From the human T2T-CHM13v2.0 reference genome, Homo sapiens, in NCBI RefSeq assembly GCF_009914755.1, contig NC_060930.1: a DNA stretch of 64,000 bases, one strand, 5' to 3'. The position numbers were made by a program, and so were the translations under genes. Below are positions 42,890 to 55,609 of the stretch, in pieces. The number at the start of each line of letters is the position of its first letter. The stretch's first letter is position 1. The notes below the pieces were generated by a model that was not told the origin of the DNA, ran no database searches, and saw only the letters and a list, made by a program, of their open reading frames with translations.

Positions 42890-45748
42890 TAAGGTGGACA
42901 ATGACTTTATTTTCTTTACGTAAGTTTTATATTTTATTATGACATTCATTTTTTCTACATGAAGACACAAATAAAAATTATACCAACTACATAAACTATT
43001 TTGTACTTTCCTTGCTAAACCACAGATGTATTTCATGGAAAGAGGGGCCTTTAAAGGCACTTATTTATCATTGTAGGTGTGTCTAAACAATTGATATTCA
43101 AAAACACAACTTTTTGTGTACAAAATTTTACAATTTTTAACAAAAGCAGTGAAGACACTAAATAACCCAGTGGCGACCTCTTCAAAGTGCAGTGTCCTTG
43201 GTCACCAATGCAGATGCTACTGGGGCAGCCAGCGGGCTCAGAGGGTCCAACTCCAGACACTGCATCCATGGCTGTCCTAGACTGAGTTGCACTTGTAAAA
43301 GAGATGGTCCCACACCTACTAAAAAAACAAGCTACTCTAGTATCAATATGACATCACTCTTTTACCATCAATCATATTGCAAAACCATAGTATTTAACGA
43401 CCAATAAACAGCCAAATACCTAATGCCACATTGTCGTTCAATTTACCTGGCTGGTTAATATCAGTCTGTGTTTGAGTATTTCTTTTGAGCACACAAAAAC
43501 AAATGTATAGTCACTTGATGAGGAAATTCTTCACTTTGACTCAAATGGATTCACCATGCTGTCAGTTATGAAAACAACTCTAATTTTAATCTCCACAGGG
43601 CAACCTTCACTTTTCACAGCAGTTCTAAAACTGACCTACAGAAAAGTTCAAGATTTTTTAAAAAATTTGGCTACCATACTATGTTTCTTATTTAATTTTC
43701 TCTAATCAATACTACTCTTACGTTCCAAACATTTCATGGGAAATTTTTCCCTCAAACTTAATATGTTTCTTAAACGAATTGAAGCCACTAAAGTTCCTGT
43801 TTAAACCACTGATAACTGCCCCAGTTAAAATAATAATAATTTAAAATGATTACACTTCAAATAAAGGTACTAAAATCACGCCCCCCAAATTTGTAAGCGC
43901 TTTTGTTGTTATTGGGTACTCACTGTGAATAGAAGTAAATGTACTTGACCTGTATGAGAATAAACATTTTATCAAGTACAGCAAAAAAAACGGAACTGAT
44001 TGTGAAAGCCATGGGGATGGGACTTTAAAACAGCGGTAAGACGCTGGTTTATCACCAGAAACCTCATGTGCCTCTGTGCACTTGAAGTAAAGACCACATT
44101 TGAGCAGGCCTGGTGGGCTGGCACAGGCCTCAGAACAGGTGCTGTTTGTGTGAATTCTCCTCCCTGCATTGTCCATTCTGTTCTAGGGCAGTCTGATTCT
44201 GGCAACAGGAGTCTCTAAGTTCCAATCACTCACTCACAAAAGAGTTTTCTGTAATCCCTTTTGTGGAAAAAAATGGAGTTTTTCTGATATGCAAAGCAAC
44301 TTCTACCAGTCTGACAAAGTAGGTAAAATCGATGACACCCTAAAATAAAAACCTGGAGTGAACTGGTGCTCCAGAAAGATGCTGAATGGCCACAGTGCAT
44401 GTGGTGATGTCTCCATGCTGAGGTTTCAGGCAGCACAGCACTAAGTATCAGGTGACCTGTGGTCCCACCAGAGCATAGTCCTCATGAAATAGGCCTAACC
44501 AGATACCTTTTAACTCATCTTTATTTTGGTTGCAAAGATGTGGTTTACTTAGCTACTTACTATTTGTTCCCATTTGAAGTCTCAGAGCTTGCCAAGTTAA
44601 ACACCGCCTTCAGTACCGAACTGCTATACAAGAACATTATAAAATACAAAGTATAAACTAAGATAATCCTCTTTACAGAATTCAGATTAGTGCATTAAAA
44701 CAACATTGATTTAAAAAGGGAAGTGAGATAACTGGCAAACCTCCAATTGCTTTTTTAATGAAGGATGACACAAAATGGCACGCAAGGTAAACACTAAATT
44801 TTGTCAGGTGCTCAAAAACAGTTAATTGTGGGAAAGTTACTTTCCAAAAGTAATTTTGACCTAAAAATATTAACCATTATTCTATAAGACATAAGGGAAG
44901 GTAAATAATGGCCCACAAAACCAGATGATATGGTTAAGATAACTAGTTTAGTGGAATAACAAACTGGGGTCTTAAGAATCCAAACGCAATAGGTATTGGT
45001 ATTGGTTGTTCATACTCTTCTTCCAAATTATGTTAAACATTTTTAGTAACTACACTTTCCCCCGTAAACATCAGACTTAAATAGACCATATGTAAAAACA
45101 ACCTATCCTTAGTAATTTTACTAGGCAATCTACAGCAAAAGCTTAATATATACACAGAAAGAGTATCAAATAAACTAGAAAAGTATTCACTGACTTCAGG
45201 GTAAAAAAGATCTTAAAAGAAAACCAACAAAAAAATGAAAGACACTTTGTGCTGTTGTGAACCAGAAAAATACAACCCATGTATAGACCTTAATTATTTT
45301 ACATTATTGAGAATATTTTCCCTTCTGAAGCAAATCAAAATTAAATTTGAGAATTTTAATTGAAGTAACACACATCTAGGTGTGTCACAGTGACAGGGAG
45401 ATGCAAACAGAATACACACACCTTTAAATTTACGAATTCCCAAAACTAAGTCAAGCAGGGTAAATAAATTATAAATGAAAGGCATATGCAATGTGGGCAA
45501 AAACTTAACAACTATTAAATTGAAGACCAAGGGAGTTATGTCAGCAGTGACATTTAGAAAATCTTTCAGTATTAGAAAATATCAGATTTAATCCAAAGGA
45601 ACCACCCCAACCCCCCCAATAAAAATAACAAAGTATGGGAACCATCCTTTATACAATAGCTTTAAAATAATAATTAAAAAAACATGATTACAGGAATCTT
45701 CCTACATAATTTAGACAATGTAGTGCGACAGTGTGCTCCTTTATAACT
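42890..45748 (-). other. STX7: STX7 3'UTR (end uncertain)
   Basis: AT-rich sequence without recognisable repeats follows the stop codon. Minus-strand AATAAA hexamers lie at 42906-42911 and 42933-42938. The true end(s) cannot be fixed from sequence alone. Confidence 0.6.
42906..42938 (-). terminator. Paired AATAAA polyadenylation signal candidates
   Basis: Plus-strand tttatt at 42906-42911 and 42933-42938, about 2.8 kb downstream of the stop codon. Confidence 0.45.
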
Positions 45749-45841
45749 TCAGTGGTTCAATCCCCATATGATGAGACTGATAATCGCAACTCCAATGACA
45801 AGGATAAGAATGATGATGCACAGGGTTTTTCTGGATTTGCG
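45749..45841 (-). CDS. STX7: Syntaxin-7 last coding exon (93 nt incl. TGA): [30 protein letters not shown]
   Basis: gtctgcag|CGCAAATCC...AACCACTGA; basic juxtamembrane segment plus hydrophobic tail anchor. The eight exons sum to 701 nt; with 85 upstream coding nt this gives 261 aa plus stop. Confidence 0.97.
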   Translation of the reverse strand, partial: RKSRKTLCIIILILVIGVAIISLIIWGLNH

Positions 45842-46139
45842 CTGCAGACGCAAAAAACAAAACAAAACAAAAAAACATGTTTACAGATTTAGTGGAGTAC
45901 CTCTACAGCAACTAAAAATAATTTGGTTCATTTCTAGAGTAAAATCAGTAGTAGTATATTGCCCTCAAATTTTTGACTGTGTTTTTTTGTTCCTCAAAAA
46001 TCTCTTTAATACATATGGCACTATTCTTTCAAAAAAATTCTTGAACTAATGCTACAATTAAGGGAGCAATTTTTCAACTTTCATTGGTAATTTTTCTAAG
46101 GGTGTGGCTGACCTTAAGAAAGAAGACACCACTAAATAA

Positions 46140-46600
<461 letters not shown>

Positions 46601-46823
46601 CCTCACACATATTTCTTGTTTCCAAAATACAATGATTTTGGAATGAGTTTCCAAAATCATTCTCATTCTTTAATATTAATGGGAAACTACATTCAAAATC
46701 TCAACAAACAAAACCACAGAGCAAACAAAATCATAATGCTGTCATTGAAAACCGAATGGTTAAGAATTTTGTTCCGTTCTTCATTCCTGGTTCAGTTGTA
46801 GATTTCTTTAATGGCGTTTGTAC

Positions 46824-46851
46824 CTCACATCAACATGCAGGAATCCTTTTT
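46824..46851 (-). CDS. STX7: Candidate alternative 28-nt STX7 exon encoding KKDSCMLM* (TM-less isoform)
   Basis: tttttctactttgtaag|AAA AAG GAT TCC TGC ATG TTG ATG TGA G|gtacaa; phase 0, matching the upstream exon. My unverified recollection is that a curated human STX7 isoform ends in this peptide. Confidence 0.75.
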
Positions 46852-47571
46852 CTTACAAAGTAGAAAAATTTGTAAATTTACTTTGTGTCAAGTAGAAGTA
46901 CCAAAATATTTATAAAAAGATACATTTCTGAGTCTGAAATTACACTGAAAACCATAAATAGTTTGAATATTCCACATATTCATCTAATTTTTCCAGTGAA
47001 TACTCCTTACGTATCAAACACAATTTCTCTAAAATTTCAATACCATGCATAAATATTTTTCCCAGACTCCAGTTGGTTACCACAAACACACATGTAATGT
47101 ACCTGTGAGTCATCACGGGTATCCCACAATGGTGTGTTTGTTGCCTGGGGTACTCCCCCTAGCGTGGGGTAATGAGACCCTGGGGCAATGTGGTGATAAG
47201 TGAACTTGAATTTCTCACCTTCCTTATTCTTAGGGTTCACCCAAACATATCAAGGCTTCCAAACAGAACTATTGGAAAGCTGCCTCTTTTCTCAGCACTT
47301 GTGCTGCATGGCCATCTCGTCCCGCTTCGGGAGCTGGGGGAATTAAGCCTAGGGGCAGCTTCCAGTCCTGGGGTGTAGCTTGGGACATGTGCTTTTTCCT
47401 GTAGGCTTGGCCTTCCACAAGGAAGAGGAAGAGTAAAACTTGGCAGAATATCCACATTTCCCCCAAATCCAAAAGCAAAATAAAATACCATGTGAACCTA
47501 GTCACTGATGGATCCTGTTAAGTTTCAGCAGTTATATGCTAACAGCTCCAGAAGACTTCTGGCATTTGCAG

Positions 47572-47573
<2 letters not shown>

Positions 47574-47609
<36 letters not shown>
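47574..47609 (+). repeat. (GT)18 microsatellite
   Basis: Directly visible; a perfect repeat. Confidence 0.97.
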
Positions 47610-47614
<5 letters not shown>

Positions 47615-47926
47615 ATTATTCGTGAGGGATACCTAAAGTCCATGACACAGTGATATAGTGATATTAATTTCACTGAGCTGCATATCTGAATGACATGGAC
47701 AAAGATAATAAAAAGGAGTGACTGTCAGTGAATACAACTGGTTATAACTCAGCAATCTCCATAGCTTCATTATTATTTACTTATCACTGAATATGCAGTA
47801 ATTTGTCCAGTAAAAGATGGACTGTGAAATAAAGGCAACTTCTAAGGTTAGTGAGAAAAACAAAAAGCAATTGAAAATGTCTGAGAAGGTGACAATATCT
47901 TAGATATTTTATAAGAAGTTAACAGC

Positions 47927-48203
47927 GGCTGGGCATGGTGGCTCCCATCTGTAATCTCAGCACTTTGGGAGACTGAGATGGGTGGATCGCTTGAGCCCAG
48001 GAGTTCCAGACCAGCCTGGGCAACACAGCAAAACTCTATCTCTACAAAAAATACAAAAATTAGCCAGGCGTAGGGGTACACACTATTCGGGAGGCTGAGG
48101 CAAGAGAATGTCTTCAGCCAGGAGGCAGAGGTTGCAGTGAGGCAAGATGACACCACTGCACTCCAGCCTGGGCATCGGAGCCAGACTCTGTGTCAAAAAA
48201 AAA
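47927..48203 (+). mobile_element. AluJ-like element in the last STX7 intron
   Basis: Dimeric Alu with a small right-arm deletion. Confidence 0.9.
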
Positions 48204-48979
48204 GTTAATAAGGTCAAGAAAATGATAATTATGAATGATAGCAACAAAGGAATGGAGTTTTAAAAAGGAAATCAAATGCTACATGGTATTTAGGGGTTTC
48301 CAAAGAGCCTGGCCTCATCCAATTTGAACATCAAAGGTCTGCATATTGTATGATGTATTAATAGTTGATAGTTCTAATATTTGTATAGTACTTGACATAT
48401 AATTTATATTTGACACATGCATGTGGACTCCCTATATTAACCCGACTCAAGAAATAAATTCATTCCTGGTGAAGGGTCTGCTGAATGTGGACAGAATATA
48501 TAATGAACAGTGACACTCCAAGCTAATATGATTTCCACAAGACCTGAAGCAATCTCTCTAGGACAAGGAAATTTGCCTCTTTAGTCCAGTGTGTCACTGA
48601 CAAAAAGAAAGAAAAAGTAAAAGGGAGCAGCAAGAAATGGGAAGGAGGGGCCTATCACAAAAAGGTTTCTGGGTAGAAATGTCACAATGACATCAGAGAT
48701 CCCCGGCCATCAGAAAGCCTAGAATTGTCTCTGCCGCCCAAACACTAAACTTTCTCTCCCTGTGGGCCAACAATTCTGGTTCAACCCTGAGAAGAACACA
48801 GGCTAAAAACAGTTCTAAACTGACTGGTATTATTTAAACAGACTTCTCTTCCATGGGATTTTAAATTTTAACATCTTCAGCCATTTTAAACCTAATCTCT
48901 CCCTGCTTCCTCAACACAAACACACACACACACATACGAAAAGGATAAGTTATAAGAAAATTGATCACAGTTAAATTAC

Positions 48980-49062
48980 CTGATAATCTGCTGCCCTTGA
49001 CAGCTGCTGATTTGCTTGCTGAACGTGCACCTCTGCATTTTCCACATTGGCTTCTATGCTAT
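48980..49062 (-). CDS. STX7: Syntaxin-7 coding exon (83 nt): [27 protein letters not shown]
   Basis: ttttacag|ATAGCATAG...TATCAG|gtaatt; end of the SNARE motif, ends in phase 0. Confidence 0.97.
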
Positions 49063-49879
49063 CTGTAAAATAAAACACACACACACAAATGTGTTAAACA
49101 TGGATTGATGCTCCAGTAACAAATCACTAAATTTCATTCAAGGTAAGATTAAATATGGTCATTATTCAAAGGTTAATAGTAGTATATCATAAAGTTGAAT
49201 TTTTTTAAGCTGGCTTTAAGAATTATAGTATACACCTATACTATTTTTCAGGTGATCCAAACAATATAAGAGCATTTGTATAACAGAACCTTAATCATCT
49301 TCATTACAGAGCAACTCCAGCTCTACCTGGCAACCCCTGAAAAGTACTGTCACCCTGACATTATCAAATCAGTGTCAGCACAAGAGATGTCTCAGTGTCA
49401 AACTCCACAGCTTGGACTATGTCAAGACCAATGCACAAGAGATCAACTCTCTTCTTTCTACTGCTGAAGATTTTGTTCATCATGATAAAAACTGGTACCT
49501 TGACTTTTCAAAGAATATTATGTCCTCAGAGGGAAACAAACAGAAAAACCCAAATGCTAAAACTTGATCCCTTAATCATTATGTTAGTCATTAATGTTTC
49601 TCAATTTCTTTTCCCTCTATGTCTTTGTAAATGGAATGTACTTTAAGTTACTGGAGCATAATACCTATGCTCTACTTAGTTTGTGTTCTGTAATGGCCGA
49701 CTCAGTAGCAAGCATGTGACAATGTTTATTTAAGGTAAATACAGAGTGCTGAAGGCCATTTACTCTGTGGTCATCAACATACTTCTGTGCTAAAATCTAG
49801 CCCTCACCGAGGGCCCATGAAGCCTTCTCAATTGGTGGCAGTTTTTCTTCCCACCCTCCAGGGGCCTGGAGGTGGAACG

Positions 49880-52612
49880 GGTGTCATTTTGAAGCATGAG
49901 ACCCTTTGCCCTTGTCTCTTCCTCCCTACCAGCTCTCAGCTTTAAGGCTCATGCTATCAAACTCAGCCAACTCTCTTTGTTGCAGACATCTATCAATCGC
50001 ATGGCCTTTTCTTCTCATTCCTTGAATATTTTAGCCTCTGACTCACTGATGCTCTCTCCAACACTTCTCTTATACATACTGGTGACTTCAAGATCCAACT
50101 GCTGACCCTTCTAACACCCTGGCCTCACAGTTCACTGACCATACTTTTTCCAAAGACGAACACCTTTCCTCACCCACCCATTTCCATGGTCACATCCCAA
50201 ACCCTGACATTCCAATAATTGCAGTTGTTCCATAATCTCAATTTCAAGGGTCTCACTCTTTGATCACCACCTTCTATCTCTAGAGCTCACTCCTTCTAAT
50301 TCCCTGGCTCCAACAATTTTCAACTTTCATTGATCCTACCACTTCTTCACTGTCCCTCACATATGGCATGTCCTCACTTCCCTCCTTACCCTAGCCTTAG
50401 AGTCCTTGGACAATCACTTAGCCTCAGCTTACTCTCATCCTTAGCCCCCTTGCCCCTCCACTTTAGTCATATGACAAAACCCCAACCAGTACCCATGCAG
50501 CTGATTATGGATGTAAAAAGGATTAACTGTGTTTCACTTTAAAGTCATGACTGCCAAGCAGGTCTACTTCATTTCTCTGACTTCTGAAAGACTACGTCAT
50601 ACTTTCTCTTCTCTCCTCAAGCTTCTCAGGCCTCCTCTGGCATTATCATTCTCAGCCCATGACCTTGATTTCCAGCTCTTTGAAGCAACAGGAACCATCA
50701 GAAGACATTTCCACACGTTTTCATGACCCTATCTACATGCAATATTTGTGTGTTCTGACAACTTTCTTGTTGCCAGGAAGAACTATATACCCCGAGCAAG
50801 AGCCAAATTTTCCATTTGTGCACTTTATCACATTTCCTATCATTTAACTCAAAAACCTCAGTCCAGCAAACTTCCTCTCTCTCTTACTTATCATCAGTAT
50901 TTCTTTCCCTGGTAGATCACCTTCATCAATCCCATAGCTGCCATCTTAAAAACAAGCAAACCAAAAACCTCTCATTTATTCCACATCCATTTTTGCAGCT
51001 ATGACTGCATTCTCTGTTTCACTTCCCCTCTTTACTCCTTGAAAGAGTTATCTATACTTGGTATCCACCACTGTTCTCCTCCCATTCTCTCTTGAGCCTA
51101 CTTTTATCATGCTTTCACCTACACTATTTCACCAACACAGCTCGTATTGAGGTCACCTATGCCCTACACACTGTTAAATCCAGTAGTCAAATCTTAATCC
51201 TCATTTTTCTTGGCCTAACAGCAGCACTTGAAACAGCTGACCATCTATTGTTCTGGAAGCACTTTTTTTCACTTCCCTTCTAGGACGATGCATTCATTTG
51301 GATTTCCTCCATATCACTGGCTATTCCTTAGTCTTTTTATTTGTTCTTCTTCAACTGTCTGGGCTCTAAATCAGAGGTTAAGAAGCTTTTTCTGCAAAGA
51401 GCCAGAAAATGAATAAGCTTTGTGGGTTGTATGATCTCTGTTACAAGTATTCAGCTACCCCTTCACTGTGCAAAAGCAACCATAAACCATACATAAATGA
51501 ATACATGTAGTTTGAAGACACTGTTCTAAACATTTAGAGGATCCAGGGCTAAGTCCTCAGACCCCTTCTATTCTCTACCCAGACTTAATCCCTGGATTAT
51601 CTCACCCAATCTTGTGGTGTTAAATACTATGTGTACACAGATCACTCCTAAATTTAGATCCCCTGCCCAGACTTCTCCCCTGAACTCCATGTTCACTTTA
51701 ATAATGTCAAGAAAACCTTCACTTGGTGTAAAGGGGCACCTCAAACTTAACATATTCAAAAATGATTGATTTATACCCATCTAAGCCTGCTCCACTTACA
51801 GATTTCCCCATCTCAGAAAACAGTAACTTCACCATCATAGTGGGCCAAGCTAAAACCTTAGCATCACCCTTAAATTAACTCTTTCTTTCACACTCATACC
51901 CAGCCAGTCAGTAAATCTTTTCGGCTGTCCACTTAAAAAATATCTGAAATCCATGAACTTCTCACCATCCCTCTAGTTCCATCCTAATCCAAGCCAACAA
52001 GATTGAGCATCTGGATGACTGCAATAGCCTTTTAGGTGACCTCCTTGCTTTTGGTCTTTTTCCAGCAGCCAAGTGAGTCTTTCGAAACTGAAGCAGGGTT
52101 ATAGCACTCTTCTGCTCAACTCCTCCTTGGCTTCTCATTCGTTTGTAAAAACTGAAATCTTCCTACATGACATCATCCCCTGCACTTGGACATGATCTCC
52201 ATCTCCTTCTTGCTCATTAAAAATGTCAGGTATGCTTCTGCCTCAAGGCCTTTGTACTCGCTGTTCTCTCTGCCTGGAACACTTTCTCTTACTTGCTCCC
52301 TTAAATCTACCAAGGGTTCACTAAAATGTTACCTATCAGTAAGTACCTATCATACCTAACTACCCTGTGTCAAGCAGCAACAATTTCCACCCCTAGCAGT
52401 CCCATCCCTCTACCCTGGCCTTATTTTCTCCATAGCACTTATCACCATTTACTTGCTTTTCTCGCCTTTTTAAAAAATTGTCTTTCCTCCCATTATAAGA
52501 TCAATTGAGATAGGGTATTTTATCTGTTATTTAATTTCAGCTGAATCTCCAATGCCTAGATTTGTGTCTGGACATAGTAGCCACTCAACATATTTCGGAT
52601 GATGAATAAATT
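49880..52612 (+). mobile_element. Long L2 (LINE-2) fragment, ~2.7 kb
   Basis: C/T-rich L2 ORF text, endonuclease-like remnants, and a 3' end ggacatagtagccactcaacatatttcggatgatgaataaat. Confidence 0.8.
51372..51523 (+). mobile_element. MER58-like hAT-Charlie MITE inside the L2
   Basis: cagaggttaagaagctttttctgcaaagagccaga...gacactg; near 8-bp TSD ctctaaat/ttctaaac. Confidence 0.7.
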
Positions 52613-53385
52613 GGTTTTTGAAATTTTACCCTGTGATCTACTGGGGATACAGAGGAGGGTAAGAATGGATAAAAAATAGTTACACTGAAGTAAAGGTGCA
52701 AATATTTCAGTTGGACCAAATTCAGAAAATATACTAAAAGCATCTTTAGACATACCAATACATAGCTCCAGACTTCAAGATGGTCAGGATCCTGATGAAT
52801 GTTAACAACTACACCCTAATTGAAATGCTATTACATTCAATACTTAAGGGATTCTTAGCAACTTTAGAAAAGAAAATCACTTCTAAAAAGAATTCCTAAC
52901 TTCTATGTAATACTACTAAATTCATCTACCAAAAAGCTATTAAAATGAATGATTAGGCAAATGTCTACCTATTCCCTAATACCTAAAAGACAAGATGTCA
53001 TGCACAGTTACATATACCACAAGTTTCCCCAAAAGTGCTTAGCATGATGACAAATAAATTGGAGTAAGACTAAAACCAGAGGCCCTGGAAATAAGCTGGA
53101 ATAATGTTTCATGGTGCCTTCCATGGTCTTGGCAGCAATAGGCCCTGATTAAATTTGGGCTTCTGAAATAAATGAAGCTGGTTATTTCAACCAGCACGAG
53201 TTAAAAGTGAGATCTGTTTTAGATAATGCCAAGGGTGATGCTTACTGTGTTTTATAGACCATGCTTTTGGTTCCAGGGAAACCAAAAAAGGGACAGAAAG
53301 TGGTTACTCTTCTGTGAGAAAGTTACAGCAGGTAAAGTGCATGTAGCTTGCTCTCACCTCCAAAATCTAAGTCAGCAGGTCTTAC

Positions 53386-53458
53386 CTATTACATCTCCTT
53401 GTTCATGAATCATCATTCCCAAATCTTTAAATATTTCATTAATATCCATAATATCAGC
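53386..53458 (-). CDS. STX7: Syntaxin-7 coding exon (73 nt): ADIMDINEIFKDLGMMIHEQGDVI(D)
   Basis: ctcttag|GCTGATATT...GTAATAG|gtaaga; contains the Qa-SNARE zero-layer Gln (HEQG). Confidence 0.97.
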
Positions 53459-53929
53459 CTAAGAGAAAACGCATATATTATTATAATCAGAAATTCAGTC
53501 CCCATTCCATAAAAGAGGAAAAATTTTAAAAACCCAAACCACTACTCACACATGGGTGAGCATGCATCTATAATACACAAATATAATACATAAACTTTGG
53601 AAATATCAGGAAAATATTTGACAATAATTAAGAAGAATTTGAACAATAGCCACCAGTTCTCTAAAATCAGTTTGTGGCATTAAAAATACCAAGTGAGCGA
53701 GGCAGGATGGAAATGAATGGAAATGAAGGATCTATAATAGAGAAGAGCCATGGATTGCTGAGTTCATTTTATACAACCTGATAGTTTTGTTATCACAAGC
53801 AGTATCTACTTACAAGGGTATAAAATATTCTTAGCATGTATTTCTAGTAAAATTTACACATCAATTTGACAATTTAAAGTAATAAAACATTAGGTGTAAA
53901 TTTAAAGTCTCACATTAATAATTTGAACA

Positions 53930-54140
53930 TGCAGTGGATTAGTGAAATGTCACTACTGAATAAAGAAGTTATAAACTTGGTGATTAAATATAAATTTACT
54001 TTTCTTCAATGACACAATTAACTGCTTCATAAAGTTTTTATAAGGACTAAATGAGATAATTAACATAAAGAATTCATCCCACAAGTGCCTGGCACATGGA
54101 AGGTCTTCAATAAATTGTAGCCATTGTTAGCTATTATTAG
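53930..54140 (+). mobile_element. MIR fragment
   Basis: aaggactaaatgagataat...gtgcctggcacatggaaggtcttcaataaat. Confidence 0.65.
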
Positions 54141-54538
54141 CCTTCTTTCTAGGAACTAAGTAGGTTCCATAAGAACTATGACTTAATACATCCTTTAGAT
54201 CTCTTTGATGTCATAAACATAGTAAAGAGAAATAAAATTCTTTGAAGGCCTTATAAAAGGTCTTACTCATGCAGGTATGATGTGTATCATGTGCTCTGGG
54301 AAGACATCCAGACTCTTGGACAGACATTTATCTCTACACTGGTATTTTCTCAATACTAAGCTGGTCCATAGATGGCTTGATATAACAATAATAATTTTTA
54401 AAAAGCTGCAGTAGGAGGGAGTATGATCCCTCGTCCTAGCACAAACAGTAAGGACAATATTATTTTTTTAAAAAAGGAATTATTCCAACTCATACATTAC
54501 AAATGCTACCAAACTGATACATTAATTTTCTTTCTCTG

Positions 54539-54833
54539 GGCCAGACATGGTGGCTCACATCTATAATCCTAGTACTTTAGGAGGCCAAGGCAGGCAGATC
54601 ACTTGAGACCAGGAGTTTGAGAACAGCCTGGCCAACATGGTGAAACCCTTTCTCTGCTAAAAGTACAAAAAATTAGCCAGGTGGGGTGACACGTGCCTGT
54701 AATCCCAGCTACTCAGCAAGCTGAGGCACAAGAATCGCTTGAAGCTGGGAGGCGGAGGTTGCAGTGAGCCGAGATTCCACCACCGCACTCCAGCCTGGGT
54801 GACAGAGGGAGACTGTCTCAAAAAGAAAACAAA
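54539..54833 (+). mobile_element. AluS
   Basis: Dimeric Alu. Confidence 0.92.
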
Positions 54834-54933
54834 ATTTTTCTGTCTCATGCATTCTCCCAGCATTACCTAAGCATCTTGAGAACAAACTCACTAAGACCAG
54901 AGCAGCAGCCCAAGTCTACAATGTAAGCCTTAC

Positions 54934-55030
54934 TTCAAGTTGCCTGATAGAAGATTCTCTCTCATGAATAAGACGGAGGTCATCCTCTGTAATTTCTTCA
55001 TCCTGCACCTGCACTTGAGGTTGAGTTTGG
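54934..55030 (-). CDS. STX7: Syntaxin-7 coding exon (97 nt): [32 protein letters not shown]
   Basis: ttctgttag|CCAAACTCAA...CTTGAA|gtaagg; start of the SNARE motif. Confidence 0.97.
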
Positions 55031-55556
55031 CTAACAGAAAAAAATGAATGTGGAAAAAAACAAAGATTGGTATTCAAAACAATGGGACTCATTTCCTATT
55101 TAAGATATATTCATTAAATAGGATATTTTATTCTCCAAAGTCACAGAACTACTCAAAAAAATTCTAAGAATATAACAGATATATTAATAAAATTTATTCA
55201 TTTTTCATTTCACTTATATCATTTTAGCTAATGTGAGTTTAGAGTTATTACTTAATTATTGGAAGCTGTATCTGTCAACTGGGTATTTCTTCTCAGCTGA
55301 TTTAAACCTCATATAAGGGAATGTCTATATTAATAATTAAGTCCATAAACATTTATTTGGAAAACTTTATATATTTTGTAATAAATACTTTATAATTACT
55401 TAAAATTTTTTTCAAATTTACTCTGTTTTCAACATATAAACAACTTAGGATATTTATGATATAATATATTGAAAGCTTTAATTCTGTTCCAGGGACCTTA
55501 ATGTATAAACTTTGAAAAATTACCTTTTGATCTGTAAAATGTTTTGTATTTCTTAC

Positions 55557-55609
55557 CTTTCCCAGGATACAAGATTCCTTTCTTTTGAGCTGTCCTCAGG
55601 AAAACTGCC
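55557..55609 (-). CDS. STX7: Syntaxin-7 coding exon (53 nt): GSFPEDSSKERNLVSWE(S)
   Basis: ttattcag|GGCAGTTTT...GGGAAAG|gtaaga; linker region, in frame. Confidence 0.96.

Noticed and set aside
43168-43188. CTCF-like half motif (AGAGGTCGCCA on the minus strand) in the 3'UTR
   Set aside because: The CC-containing left half of the core motif is missing.
45768-46049. Plus-strand 93-aa ORF overlapping the last STX7 exon
   Set aside because: It is an antisense shadow frame of the TM-coding exon running into intron, with no independent gene signals.
47237-47491. An intronic ORF contains SYTPG, identical to the STX7 N-terminus (MSYTPG)
   Set aside because: It is only a five-residue match, the flanks are unrelated and there is no supporting exon structure; chance is the simplest explanation.
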